The notes under the pieces are model-generated. The model was not told the origin of the DNA, made no database searches, and was given only the letters and a program-made list of their open reading frames with translations. Source: Paraspadella gotoi (lineage: Eukaryota > Animalia > Chaetognatha). Taken from it: a stretch of 64,000 nucleotides of DNA. The first letter of the stretch is position 1. Each line of letters begins with the position of its first letter. Of this stretch, positions 49,959-64,000 are shown in pieces. The translations under genes were made by a program, and so were the position numbers. The stretch spans positions 1 through 64,000 of the forward strand of contig CM119263.1 in assembly GCA_051294375.1 (NCBI GenBank), read 5' to 3'.

Positions 49959-51360
49959 ATAGCTTGGCTTTCTTAACAATGAGAGAGAGAGGTTAACTCG
50001 AGTCGCCATAATAGATAATTTATTAAATGAATAGATAATTTTAATATTGTTGAACCAAAGTTAGACTTAATATTATCTGGAAACAAAATACCCACTTATA
50101 TACCATCTTAGTAATTAATTGCCAACAGCGAAATTCTAAAAAATAGGAAAATTGGCAGAAAAGAGATGAAAGATTTCGGGAGGCGACGGGAAAAGGAAGA
50201 TGAGTCACCATTGAAGTTTTATCCAAATCGAATTTCACTTGGATGTGATATTTTGATGTCACTTAGATGTAACAGTGTTATTGTTACTGCAGTTTAATAA
50301 TTCAAGAAAAAAATTTTTTGCGCTCGCGGGTTGAATGAAATAGTAAATTTACGTTAGTAAAATACAAAACAAAAATAAAAATGCATAATCTAAGGTAACA
50401 TTAGTTACAACATGGCCAAGCTTAGATAATCGAAAGGTTAACCGAATTATTTGATAATGACGTCGTGAATGAAACAACTAGCGACGCTTATTAACTACTA
50501 ATTGACTAATATGGTGAGATATTATACACTTGGATTGTGAAATATATTAAATTTAGTACTCACCATTTTGCTTGACGTCAAAGTCGATGAGACGGTGAAG
50601 TATTTTCTGGGTTCGGCACTTTGGCAATTGATATTCGCTTCGAAGTAAGTTTCTTCCCGGTCTTTTACTTTCCTCTTCCTCCTCAACTTCCTCCTCCTCC
50701 TCTTCTTTCCTCCTCCTCTTCATCCTCCTCCTCTTCTCTCAACTCTCAAACGCAAAAATCTCGTACAACGAGTTTTCATTTATTTAGCTCAAATTAATTT
50801 CGTATTCAGATCTGACTTGTTTCTTTTCAGTTAAGAGAGATTAACGGAAAAAAATTCATTTTTTTATTCCTTTATTCGAATTCTATAGTAAAACAAGAAC
50901 AACTGACAGTAGTGTATTATTAGTGATGATTGATGCGTTGATGAGTTTTACTTTTAAAAAGTTTTTGCTGCTGAATTTTCAAACTGTTTTATTTAAATTT
51001 AATTCTTCATTATTTAATATTTAACTTTAATCCCGAATACGTTGAATATCGAAAACTGCGATAATGAGTCCAGCAAAGAATTCAACAGACATTGATGTGG
51101 TTAAGATAGAATTAGTTAGTTTGAATGAGATGATTCGTCAAAGATGAAAAGTTAAATTCGTACAGGGAGAATAGGTTAATCTGTTTGAGCGGGATACTGA
51201 TATAATTATTCGCGGATTCACAATTCGTATCAAAACAAAAACAGAAAAAAGGCATTTTTTTATTGTTCCAAAGAGGAACCGTCAATAATACTGAATTTGT
51301 ATTACAATAATGACAATAAACACTATCATCATACCGTAATACAACGCAGATTCTCAGCCC

Positions 51361-52372
51361 TCAGCTGATCAAACCCAGCCGGGTGCCCAGCCACCTGCAC
51401 TTGGCCTGCACCTCCTCCTGCATGAGATTAAAGCACATGGCCAGCAGGGCAAGGCCAACCATGATGTAGAGATTGCAAAGGACGAACTTTTCTTGGTTCT
51501 CCTTCGATTGGAGGTTAGCGCCGGGTACGAAGTCACCGAATCCGATCGTCGACAGGGTGATGAAGCAAAAGTAAGTTCCGTCCAGGAGGGACCAGTTCTG
51601 TTGGGGATGCGGGGAGGAAGAGTTTGGAAGTTTAAAGCTCATGTGATATAGACGAAAGATTAATGATTTAATTATACTCACAGAAATGTGTTATTGCGTT
51701 TTAGTCTAGTACTATTGCTTTGTATTTATTCGTCTGTCTGTCCGCTCGTGTAATAAATAATAGAAAAGTTTTCGTTGTTCGTCAATTACTCGTTTTAATA
51801 TATTCATTTTATAATTTATTACTATATTAAATAAATGTTTATAAAATATAACTTGCCTCCCAGACAGAGAATAGAATGGCGCCGCTGAAGACGTAAGTAG
51901 AGAGAACGACAAGAGTCAGCGTGATTGGAACCGTCACAAGTTCTTCATCTTCATCGCCTCCTAAGAAGCCGTTATTCAATAATCAAAATATCAACATTGG
52001 TTTCGGGACGATATTGTTTCCAATTTCATGTCTCAACTAAAATTAAGCGTCGACCATTTAATTATTTATTTTACTAACCTCCTCCCATTTCCGGTTCTAC
52101 TGGAATGATGGCGCCCGCGGTCGCAGGGGACTGTATTATAACCTTAAGCGAAAAAATTAATAATCGAATTCAGCGCAAAATCGAATACGAGAAACTTTTC
52201 TTTGATAAACAAAAGAAGTTCCACAAGCCTAGGCATGCCTGTCCTCTCTCGGGGAAAATGAAGATGAAAAAGAGTAAAAGAACAAAAGACAAACAAATTT
52301 AACTTCAGGATTCATGACACGAATATTACCTGAGCAATTTGCCCGTCGGCCGTGATGACGGTTTTCTTATTA

Positions 52373-52403
<31 letters not shown>

Positions 52404-52800
52404 CGTGATTAGCGTCGCCCGTGTGGACGTGATTCAATTTAAGATCTTGTGAGACCGAGGAAGGAACTGAATATCGAAAAGACTTTCGGTTAAATTTTAA
52501 CTAAAAATCCACAAATACAGATTTCATCCTTTACTAATAATAGAAATATTTCAACACTTTTTGAAAACATTTATAAAAGATACTAAAAGTAAACTTTGTA
52601 TCTGAAATTATTTACTAACGATATTAGTGAATGGTTATTATCAATTTTTTATCATACATTAAAAATAGAGTTATCGTAACTCGCCCGAATTGAGTATGAG
52701 AGTTTCCGCGTCCGTGTTTGTGAGCGGATGCAGCCTCGACAGCGGCTGCGCGACGGCGACGTCGGCGGTTCTGTCCGNNNNNNNNNNNNNNNNNNNNNNN

Positions 52801-52837
<37 letters not shown>

Positions 52838-53130
52838 ATGTTACAGTCTTCTTTAACATACAGAAAGAAAAACAGAGATAAACAAATAAAACCCGCAATA
52901 AACTACAATGGATCCCAACGAGTAAAGTTTGGCACCACCGCCCAGTCACTCACCCCATCCTCTCCTCACCAAGCCCCCCGCTAACCCCACCCCGATTCCA
53001 TACCTAAAAATGGTTGCCATGACTTCGCCGATGTTAGAGAGAAAAAGCAGAGTTAGCGGAATTCCTACGATCGCGTAAAGGATTGTCACGATTTTCCCGG
53101 CGTCCGTCTTAGGAGCGATGTGACCATAGC
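51361..53130 (-). CDS. Two-pore-domain (K2P/TWK-like) potassium channel, 3' exons; 5' exons not identified
   Basis: [26 protein letters not shown]; [25 protein letters not shown]; [26 protein letters not shown]; [16 protein letters not shown]. Confidence 0.92.
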
Positions 53131-54135
53131 CTGGGAGGTCAGTACGAAAGGTAATGAGTATCGGACAAGTAGGGAATTGTTTTTTAATGAGTCAATGGAT
53201 TAAACGCTAGAGGGATCGTTAAAATTGTATCGAGACAAAAGATAATCTCAAACTTCCATGATTCGTTTAAACTGAGAAATGACTTTCGTTCTGTTCTCAA
53301 TATTTTCTAGATATTAAAGTTGTATACACTTACTACACAACCGTTGAATTATATATATTATTATATATATACACTTACTGTACAACCGTTGAATTATTTT
53401 TGATTGAATAAATCATTTCGAATAGTAAGTAGATATATTTTCGGATAATCAACGTCGACCCCCAATAGCTAAAATGTCAAAAAAGATTATTGCTTTTCCG
53501 AAGTCTAATTCGAGACAAACCGCTTCTGTTATCTTTCCTTTCCTTTTGTCTCTCCTTCCGTTTTCGACTCTAAAAAATAATATCCTCATTGTAACATTTG
53601 CATTTTTATCGTCTGCTCCTCCTCCTCCTCCTCCTTCTCCAACTCCTCCTCCTCCTCCTAAAACCTCTTTCCACAATTTTCCCGCCGAAAATCTGCCTTC
53701 AGAGTCTAGAAATATATTGGCGCAGTAATGGCGCCGAGCGATGGTCTCTTTCGAGAGATAAAGACGATTTCCGGTTCTACCGAAGCGAACGTCCCGCCTT
53801 CTGCGCGCCCTTCCGGCCATTCCCGTTTCCGAGCCTTTCTTTTTCAACTCCACTCCACTCCACTCACTCCACTCCACTCCACTCCACCGACTGCACTCTA
53901 CTTTACTCTACCCTACTCTACCCCACTCCACTCCACTCCACACCACTCCAATCCACTCCACGCCCAATCCTACAAAGATACCTCATCTTTACCGTCGTGG
54001 TTCCGAGCCACAATGAAACTTCCGTGGACTATCACAAAATTCACGCTCTCCCACTATATTCGCGAAGAACCCCGTCTCTAAAAAAATCTCTCTCTTCCAC
54101 CTACAGTAAATTCTCCGTCTTTGAAACCAAGGAAA

Positions 54136-55170
54136 ACCTAATTTTAACTCTGCCACTCTTTTTCACTCTTCTCTAAGGCACAGTCCTTTTCTAATTTAAC
54201 TCTGCCACTCTTTTCACTCTCTCTAAGCCACAGTCCTTTCTAATTTTAACTCTGCCACTCTTTTCACTCTTCTCTAAGCCACAGTCCCTTTCAATTTTTA
54301 ACTCTGCCACTCTTTTTCACTCTTCTCTTAGCCACAGTCCTTTTCTAATTTTAACTCTGCCACTCTTTTTCACTCTTCTCTAAGCCACAGTCCTTTCAAT
54401 TTTAACTCTGCCACTCTTTTACTCTTCTCTTAGCCACAGTCCTTTCTAATTTTAACTCTGCACTCTTTTTCACTCTCTCTTAGCCACAGCCCTTTCAATT
54501 TTTAACTCTGCCACTCTTTTTCACTCTTTCTTAGCCACAGTCCTTTTCTAATTTTAACTCTGCCACTCTTTTTCACTCTTCTCTAAGCCACAGTCCCTTT
54601 CAATTTTAAACTCTGCCACTCTTTTACTCTTCTCTAAGCCACAGTCCTTTTCTAATTTTAACTCTGCCACTCTTTTTCACTCTTCTCTAAGCCACAGTCC
54701 TTTTCTAATTTTAACTCTGCCACTCTTTTTCACTCTTCCTAAGCCACAGTCCTTTTCTAATTTTAACTCTGCCACTCTTTTTCACTCTTCTCTAAGCCAC
54801 AGTTCCTTTCAATTTTAACTCTGCCACTCTTTTTCACTCTTCTCTAAGCCACAGTCCTTTCTAATTTTAAATCTGCCACTCTTTTTCACTTCTCTAAGCC
54901 ACAGTCCTTTTCTAATTTTAACTCTGCCACTCTTTTTCACTCTTCTCTAAGCCACAGTCTCTTTCTATTATAACTCTGCCACTCTTTTTCACTCTTCTCT
55001 AAACCACAGTCCTTTTCTAATTTTAACTCTGCCACTCTTTTTTCACTCTTCTCTTAAGCCACAGTTCTTTCAATTTTTAACTCTGCCACTCTTTTTCACT
55101 CTTCTTTAAGCCACAGTCACTTTCTATTTTTAACTCTGCCACTCTTTTTCACATTTCTCTAAGCCACAGG
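54136..55170. repeat. ~51-bp minisatellite, about 20 copies
   Basis: TTTTAACTCTGCCACTCTTTTTCACTCTTCTCTAAGCCACAGTCCTTTTCTAA repeated. Confidence 0.95.
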
Positions 55171-56063
55171 CCTCTTCTTCCTTATCACACCCATAATTCC
55201 CAAGACCAATTTTCACTCCCACTTTTGCCCACAAAACCCAAAGTCCCTTGAGACCAAAGTTGAAACTTTTCACTTGGTCAGTTTGCCCTTTCATCCACCG
55301 GCCACGCCCATCTCGAGTTGAACCACTCGGACGCGACTCACCCCGCCACCCACCCCGCCATTCACCCCGCCCTTCCCTTTAATCTCTTACCTCCTACCCT
55401 ACCCTCTTATTCCCTGCATCCACCACCGCCCCCCAAAAAAAGAACCATAAAAGGGGAAGTGGTGCCTTGATTTATCTTGCATCATTTTCCTCCAACGTCG
55501 GTTTTAAAAGACAGCGATAACAATAACAAGGGCGACGACGACAACGACGACGACGACGAGGGCGACGATGGACAAAAACCCGAACGACAATAACCGATAA
55601 ACCCTAAAAAGAAAACAACAACAACGACAATGTCCAAATAGCCAACAATGGGGGACAATGAGCCGTGACTTTTGGAAGGCAGCGATGGAAAAAAAACAGC
55701 TTTATGAGATGAAACCAGCTGCGGTTGGACCCGGCAGCGGCTGCAGTTGGACCCGGCAGCGGCTGCGGTTGGACCCGGCAGCGGCTTCGGGTGCGGCTTC
55801 TGAAAAAAATACATACTTCTTTAAGATCGGAGGGGATTTAAATTTTGACTGTCATTATCATCGCAGGAGATTAATCTCACCAGAATCGAAAACGAATTGG
55901 TAGATCGGGCAATCGCCGCCAGAGTGGAATCGCCGAATGCTGATTGGCTGAGCCGGAACCGGAATCGACCAATCAGCTTGTAAGAACCATTGAACTGTCA
56001 AAATCGCTCTTGCCTCTGATCCTCTCTCTCAGATATAAATAGACTGAGCTTTCCTTAGTTTCA

Positions 56064-56124
56064 GTATTAATATTATTATTATTATTAATATTAATATTAA
56101 TATTATTATTATTATTAATATTAA

Positions 56125-56212
<88 letters not shown>
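56064..56212. repeat. (TAT)n microsatellite
   Basis: Direct reading. Confidence 0.95.
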
Positions 56213-56914
56213 TCAATGTTATTTTAACACTCATCATCATTAACGAAATGTTACAACATCCCTCTCAGAAAAAAAAAGTTGGAGCAGTTTTACGGAATAA
56301 CAAGCATGCATAAAAAAAGAGGCCAGATCGGAATTTTCTTTTCACAAAAGAGTGAAACATGTGAGAGACGTGAAAGTTTTGGTTGAAAGCGAAGATGGTT
56401 TTTCTTTTTTTAAGATGAATAACAGACTCGCGTCTCTCGATCACTTTTAACGCGGAAGAGAAAGAAAAACACAAAGCCAACCGGGGCTGTCGACATTGCC
56501 AGGATGGAAAAGCGGCGTGCCATGAAGGCGGCGTGAAATGACGGCGGCTTGCCATGACGGCGGTTTGCCATGACGACGGCGTGACATGACGGCGATGTGC
56601 CGTGACGGCTTTGAATTGGATGCATCCCTCACCGATCGGTGAGGTGGGAGTTGAAAGAAATAGCGTTTACTAGAAATAAGAAAACAAAAGATAAATACAT
56701 AAAGTCGAAAGTGAAATTTTGAAGAAGAAATAAACCGAAAAAGCGAAATGAAAATTATGACGTTGAGATTCGATTGAATAAAAGGGAAAAAAAGGAAAAA
56801 AAGGAAAATAGAAAGAGGTTAAGTAAGGAATAAGGAAATTTAAAAAAAGGAAAAAGAAAGACAGAAAATTGATACAAAAGATGAATGAGAAAGAAAAGGA
56901 AAAGAAAGAAAGAG

Positions 56915-56916
56915 CG

Positions 56917-56948
<32 letters not shown>

Positions 56949-57041
56949 ATTCCGCCTGTGTCGATTCAGTCTTACCTCTCCTCCCCCAGTCTCTCTTTCT
57001 CCTCTCTCATCTCTTCCTCTCTCTTCCATCTCTCTCTCTCT

Positions 57042-57074
<33 letters not shown>

Positions 57075-57146
57075 GTTCTCTCTCTTCTATCTCTGCTCTC
57101 TCTTCTCTACTCTCTCATCAATTCCGCTGGTCGATTCGTTACGCTA

Positions 57147-57179
<33 letters not shown>

Positions 57180-57432
57180 TCTTTCTCTCTCATCTCCTGG
57201 TCGTTTATCTCTCTTTTCCCTCCTTTCCTCTCTCTCTCTCTCTCTCCATCTCATCAATTCCGCCTGGTCCGATCGTTACCGGTCTCCTCTCGTCTCGTTC
57301 TCTCGTTCTCTCGTCTTCGGTTCTGCTCCATGCTCTCTCTCTCTCTCCATGCAATTCCGCCTGGGTTCGATTCGTTTAGCGTCTGCTCTCTCTCTCTCTC
57401 TCTGATCTGCTCTCTCTTTCTCTCTCTCTCTG
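56915..57432. repeat. (CT)n-rich compound repeat with recurring CAATTCCGC..TCGATTCG
   Basis: Four degenerate units separated by CT tracts. Confidence 0.8.
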
Positions 57433-59166
57433 TCTTTTTCAGGTTAACTTTCACAACGACGATGTTTTTGTTTTGTTTTTCCTTTACGTTCGAATTAGCG
57501 CCGCGACGTCGATTACAGGCGGCGTCGTCGTCGTCGTCATCGTCATCGTCGTCGTCATCGTCGTCGCCGTCTTTGTTGGCCCGTCACGCGCGAGTCGGAA
57601 ATGCTGCCTGACGGAGACCAAACAACCAAATAAAGAAAAACAGAGGAACATCTGCGCCTCAGGGGTTGAAAGGAACGACGTCTCGGCCACGCCCCCTTTA
57701 CGAGTCCAGTGCGTCACCGCCAACAGAATTTTGACACTTAAGCTTTTTTTTGTTTCCAAGTTTGTTTTTTTTTTTGTTTTAGTTTTTTTTTGTGTCGAGG
57801 GAATTTTCGATTCTTTCTTTTTTTTTTAAAATAATTTAAAGTCCTAATATACTTCACTCGAGAAAATGCTTTTCTTTACAAACGTAGTTATTAATTAATA
57901 AAGTAGAAATAAATTCAACGAAAAATTATACTCAGATTTGGTTTAACCAAAAAATTTATGAAAAGTGAGTTGTCAGAGCTGACTATCGCTAAAAATTTCT
58001 TTTTTTCTACATGCGCTTCAATGCCGACTGACAGTATTTTTACTACCCATAAAAAGCCAAGCTTTCTCCCGTTCACAACTCGGCCCATGATCTCACGGCC
58101 AACTTTTCTCCTTTTCAACTTTCCTCGAATTTCTACTCTCAACTTTGCCCTAAGGCTCAGTCACGTCGTCGTGTGTGGACACCGATTCTCGCGTTTGAGA
58201 GGAAAAGGACTTAGTTTTAAACCTCGAATATGAATTTAAAAAAAACAACTTTATTTTAATCGCTGGAAAAACTTTGAATTTTTAACGAACAATGAATATT
58301 GAGTTAGCGACATTGTTCTCTCGGGGGAGAGAAAGAATTAGTTGCTCTGCGAAGGATAAATAATCGGAAACGCGGAATAAAAAGAGATGATTAGGTTTAA
58401 GATTTGCGATATTTTGTGTTTCTTCATGTGTTTATTTTAGTTTTTTAGTTTTAAACAATAAAAATAATCGTTCATTATATAATTTATTAATTAACAAGTA
58501 CGAACACCCTGTTGTACTCTCTCGCTCGATCAATATATATTTCTCCCAGTTTTTAGAGACACGCGATTTCATGACACATGATGACACATGATGACAATCC
58601 AAAATATTAATCATTTGTCAAACTGAAAGAGCCGAAAAGGACGACGGTTCATGGCCGAGGTTGACTAGGATGACGGGTCAAGGCCGATAATCCCAGATTC
58701 CCTGACATTGTATTCAAGGCAAAATTACAAAATGATGTATGTCTATTAGCAAAAAGTGTGAAATAATGTTAAAATGATAAAAAGAGTTATTTAACCTTGT
58801 GTTTTATAGATGCTCCCTTTATGTCCAGAAGACAACACTAACATCCTTTTTCCAGAAAATGAAATACAAAAAATAAATAAAACTTAGAAAAAATATAATA
58901 TATAAACAAAAATGTAAATGAAAAGATAGTACTTTAAATATTAAATTTTATAAAATCTATAAAACAATAAAATGTCTTTGTCGACGTCCTCGTCATAATC
59001 GTCGTCATCATCGTCGCCATCATCGTCTTCTTCTTTCTTTTATGGTTTAAAAGGGCCGGATCAAAAGGCCGGATGCCGGGAACATCTGTCCGGTCCTCTG
59101 GGTTTTCCTTTTTACGCCTTCAAACTTTCATTCTATTCTGATTTTCTTTATAGAGTTACATCTTTG

Positions 59167-59239
<73 letters not shown>

Positions 59240-60134
59240 CCTCGGGTTCCATGATTTTCTAAGGAAACGACTTCCGTTTTTCGCGTTTTTTTCTTCTTAT
59301 TTTTGGTTTTGATTTCAGTTTTTGTCCCGAGAATATTTTTTTTACAATCGGACCGGAGAAGTTTTCAATTGAAACTTTGAAAATTATTTTATTTTTTAAA
59401 TGTTTGTTTCAAATACTATATAAGCACTTTTGTATTTCTGGAATTTTTTCACGATATAGTTGGTAATTTCATTCACGAAATTATTTTTTTAAATTTATTA
59501 TTTATGAAACAACATCAAATATTGGGTTGAAATGTCGGCAAATCATTATCCTGATCTAGAAGGCGGAGGATGCTTACCTTGGGGAACGATACTTCAGCCC
59601 TCGGGTAAGTTCGCCATTGGAATGAATTGATAATAAATTGTAGCTCAAAGTAGAGATGTTGTGAAGATGAGAAAATAAGTCCGTTAATTTTTGAGTGAAG
59701 TTAAAAATGAGAGGGTCTTTGCCAAGATTTTCTATTAAAATATTAATATTTTAATTTTGAGAAGTGACCGAAAGGATCTTAAATCTGATTATCAAAAAAA
59801 AGATCAATTAATTGGGTTGAAGACTTCGACAACGACGAAAAGTCAAAAGATGGCGTCTTAAGGATGTACACACTTTTTTCATTTTTATCTTTCCATTTTT
59901 ATTCATTCATACTTTTTACAATTTATTTACATACGTATTTTTCCGGTGTTTTGTTTTTATTTTCCAACTTTTCTTATTCTTTTCTTTCGACTCTCTCTTT
60001 TTCTCTCTCTCTTTTTCTCTTTTTCTCTTTTTCTCTGTTTCTCTTTTTCTCTTTGGGTTCAACCTCCCCCCCGAACCCATTCCCTTCGTCTCGTGATTCA
60101 TATTCAAACTGTTTTCTTCTTCTTCCTGATTTTC

Positions 60135-61295
60135 TCGTTCCCTGCTTTTTTCACTTCTCCTCTTTTCCCTGCTTTTTTCCCACTTCTCCCCTTTTCCATG
60201 CTTATTCACCACTTCTCCCCTTTTCCCTGCTTTTTTTCACTTCTCTTCTTTTCCCTACTTTTTTCCCACTTTAGCTCACTGCTTTTATTTCCGACACTTC
60301 TCCTTAATCTCCCTGGCTCTTTTTTCACATCCTCTCCCCTTTTCCCTGCTTTTTTCCCAACCTCTCCCTCTTTCCCTGCTTTTCTTTCCCATTCTTATTC
60401 TCCCCTATTTCCAAGCTGCTCTTTTCCCACTCTACCCCTTTTTCCCTGCTATTTTCCCCACACTCTCCCTTTCCCTGCTTTTTCCCACTCGTCCCCCTTT
60501 TCCCTGCTTTTTTCCCACCTCTCCCTTTTCCCTGCTTTTTTCCCACCTCTCGCACCTTTCCCTGCTTTTTCTTCCACCTCTCCCTTTTCCCTGCTATTCT
60601 CCCACCTCTCCCTTTTCCCTGCTTTTTTCCACCTCTCCCCTTTTCCCATGCTTTTTTCCCACCTCTCCCCTTTCTCCTGCTTTTCCACCTCTCTCCCCTT
60701 TTCCTGCTTTTTTTCCCACCTCGCCCCTTTTCCCTGCTTTTTTCCCACCTCTCCCTTTTCCCTGCTTTTTCCACCTCTTCCCCTTTTCGTTTCCACCTCT
60801 CCCCTTTTCCTGCTCTTTTTCCCTCTCCCTTTTCCTCTGCTTTTTCCCCTTCCCCTTTCCCTGCTTTTTTCCCACCTCTCCCCTTTCCCTGCTTTTTTCC
60901 CACCTCTACCCCTTTTCCCTGCTTTTTCCCACCTCTCCCCTTTTCCCTGCTTTTTTTCCCACCCTCCCCTTTTCCCTGCTTTTTTCCACTCTTCCCCTTT
61001 TCCTGCTTTTTTCCCACCTCTCCCCTTTTCCCTGCTTTTGTCCCACCTCTCCCCTCCCTGCTTTTTTCCCACCTCTCCCCTTTCCCTGCTTTTTTCCCAC
61101 CTCTCCCTTTCCCTGCTTTTCCCACCTCTCCCCTTTTCCCTGCTTTTTTACACCTCTCCCCTTTTCCCTGCTTTTTTCCCACCGTCTCCCCTTTTCCCTG
61201 CTTTTTCCCACCTTCCCCCTTTTCCCTGCTTTTTTCCCACCTCTCCCTTTCCCTGCTTTTCTTGCCCACCTCCGCCCTTTTCCCTGCTTTTTTCC
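60135..61295. repeat. ~27-bp pyrimidine-rich minisatellite
   Basis: TTTTCCCTGCTTTTTTCCCACCTCTCCCC repeated; this explains the long spurious ORFs. Confidence 0.95.
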
Positions 61296-64000
61296 CGCGA
61301 CAGACATGAAGCTAGGATTTCAAGAAGGAGGAGCGGAAGTGGAAAAAGCCGTCGTCACACGACTATTCAAGGTTTTGACTTGGTGATAGATTATCATAAT
61401 AATCTAATATAAATAACATTAGATTTTAATATTTTGCATTTAAAAATGATTGAAATAGATTTGATAATTGCGTAAATCCAGGTCAATAAAATGAATGAGC
61501 GTTTTATAAATAATAAATAAAGAATCGTTAAAACAAAATACAATTTATGAAATAACATAGTAGTATATTTACACTTACCTATGTATATTTATGATTTAAT
61601 TGAGAGATTTGCATAGAGATGGTTACAACTTAAAAAACTAGCCAAACAAAGAAGGGAGCCAGTTTTCGCTAAAAACGAGATAAAATATCGTTAAATCCGA
61701 AAATTCGCTTTATCAAAAAAAAACTTGGGTTAGGTGAAGATGATTTCGTCGAGACGAGAAGAGGAGGCGCCCTCTCGGTGGAAGGGAACTTCAAGGGAAA
61801 TTCCCAAACCTCTCGTCCATCAAATGGTGAGACCAGAAATGTTCTATCGTCGGCTCTCATCTCTCTCTCTCTCTCTCTCTAAAATTATGAAAAAATATTA
61901 CTGTATCGTTTTTAAATGTTTTTTGTTAAACAATTTTCACTTTTGCTGCTATATATATAGGAGTCTTTATAAATTTATATAATAATTTTTTTATTATTTT
62001 TTTATTTCTCACAAATCATTTTTGTTACAATCAAACTCTCTCTCTCTCTCTCTATCTCCAGGTGGACAGATTATCTTTCCTCCCCCCCGAGAAAGCGTTG
62101 ACCCCTGAAACCTACGGGCGGTTTTTCGAAAATCCCCATGGCTTCTGAGCCGGAATCCAATCAGAGAGAAAGTGGGGGAAGACCGGGGTAACATTCTGCG
62201 GGACCGACCAATTCCGGCGCAACGTCCCGTCCACCCAGCAGACCAAACAATTTCAAACGCCCCCTCACTCCTCATCCCTCGTCCAAAGCTTCGCGGATTC
62301 GACGAGAGAGGGAGAAACTGATAAAAAAAAAGAGCATCCAAAATTATAAAAGAGGCAACCAAAAAAAAAAGATCTCATGGAAAAAAATAAACATCTTAGT
62401 TTTTTATCTTTATAATTCCGTTACTCACTTTAATACTCAGTGTTTCCTGGTTGTCCAATTTTTTCAGCAATTTTTTTCATACAATGTAAAGTGTAGTAAG
62501 AAGTAAGAACATTACTTTTTGGATTTGTCAAGCACAACTGAAATGCCCTTAGTTGAAACGCAGCTCTAAGACAAGAGACTAGTAAAAACTAGCCTTAACT
62601 ATAAAATTAGAATTGCTAGAGATTTAACAATCCAGTAGAATTAGATATAGCTCAAGCGTTTAAAATTTTTATATTCATAAATCATGAAATAATTGTGCCA
62701 TAATATTTTGGCGTTGATTTAATTTTTTTAACCTGGATTTGACATAAGCTATTTGACTATATTTATATATACTGTAACCATTTCAAGTTAGAAGTGTATT
62801 GTTAAATGTTCAGTGAAATTCAAGAGAAAGAAAATTCTCTTTCTTAAAATCTCCAACTCAACCTTCGCCGATCATTTTTCTCTCTCCATCGATTCAAGAC
62901 TTTCCGCGTTTTTACGACGAATTCGTCTCATTTTTCGTCTCATTTTTCGCCTTATCTGCGGCGGCGATCTCCTCTCGGCGCCGTGACGCCGTCTGTTCGA
63001 CCGATAACCGTCGCCGGGTTTTCATCCGGCCGCCGCTGCCGGAGAGGAGAGCGGCCGAAGTCGAAAGAGGCGAGGAATCCGGCCGAAGAGGAATACAAAT
63101 GCCGAATCTTGCAAATGAAAAAATCTCTGAATGTTTTTGAATCTTAGCTGATGAATTATTATCATCAATATTATTATATTATCAGCAACAAAATGAGGCA
63201 GTAGGTACTTTGTACCGTTTTCTAAATGATACTGAAACTGACAGATACTATGGACATTTGGTTGACCAATCCCAATCGACAAACGAATACCGCTTCCCGA
63301 AAATCCTTAGTGGAAACAAAACAAAAGGGACAGGTTATCAGCCGAGACTTAGGAATTTTTTATTAACGCTTCGGCTATAAACAAGAAAGGGTGCAAAACT
63401 CTGCGAGGGAAAGAAAAGAGCGGAAATTTGCATGGAAAGAGAAAAGGCTTCAAAGCTAATCCTCCTCGCGGGCCGAAGCCACACCATTTTTATTTATTTA
63501 TAACCATAAGTCAAGAGTCGCCAAGAATCTTTTACGACAATAACAAAACATAAACCACGCAAATCTAGAAAAAAAAATGCGCACATTATCTACAAGAGAT
63601 ATAAACAGCAATAAAAAGTGACAAATAAAACGCATAACTATAAAAGAAACAACTACGAAACTCGTGAAAAAAAAATACTAGAAAAAAACGCCGTGATATC
63701 AAGTATATCAAATCTTTCTCCCTAGTATACATTCATTACTTACTACTATCATACTTACTTTTAAACTAATCGAAGGCTAAAAAGAGCACATTTTAAACAT
63801 ATTACAACTTAACTCTTAATATTTTAAAACAATTATATTACTAGCGGAGTGATTAAGTACCGATATTATATTTTATATGTACATAGAATCCAATAAAATT
63901 GTATATTGTTAGATTGTTTTCTTAGTCTGCATTGATAGGCGGCTGGTTTGTGTTTTAAAATTCCACTTCCTTTTTACCATTTATGAAGATAATATAACTG

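Noticed and set aside
54136-55170. CRISPR-like array
   Set aside because: Head-to-tail units without unique spacers in a eukaryotic context; it is a minisatellite
59560-59615. U1 snRNA- or spliced-leader-like hairpin (CTTACC...GGTAAG)
   Set aside because: Similarity is limited to a few bases; no Sm site or remaining structure
59864-61412. Long ORFs (488, 314, 207 aa)
   Set aside because: Products of a stop-poor pyrimidine/purine minisatellite

Overview
Eukaryotic (invertebrate animal-like) genomic DNA with GC-rich exons, AT-rich repeat-filled introns and two short N gaps. All recognisable genes are on the minus strand: a small secreted protein, a Tousled-like kinase, a very large disordered protein, a ricin-B lectin, two tandem annexins and part of a two-pore-domain K+ channel. 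The main discovery is a set of tiny non-coding LTR retroelements (TRIM-like; ~250-bp LTRs with TG...TA ends, 4-bp TSDs, a PBS-like motif and, in family B, a polypurine tract). Their LTRs carry a circularly permuted (type-P5) twister ribozyme fold. There are two diverged families and six ribozyme copies, with compensatory changes in most helices and in a pseudoknot, so these are candidate 'twister LTR retrozymes' in an animal. A third highly structured solo-LTR family with the same end signature carries an antisense tRNA-like module. A minimal type-I hammerhead ribozyme and degenerate relics (Penelope-like) are also present. Folds were read by eye and ribozyme activity is untested. Scattered 1-nt indels suggest an error-prone assembly.
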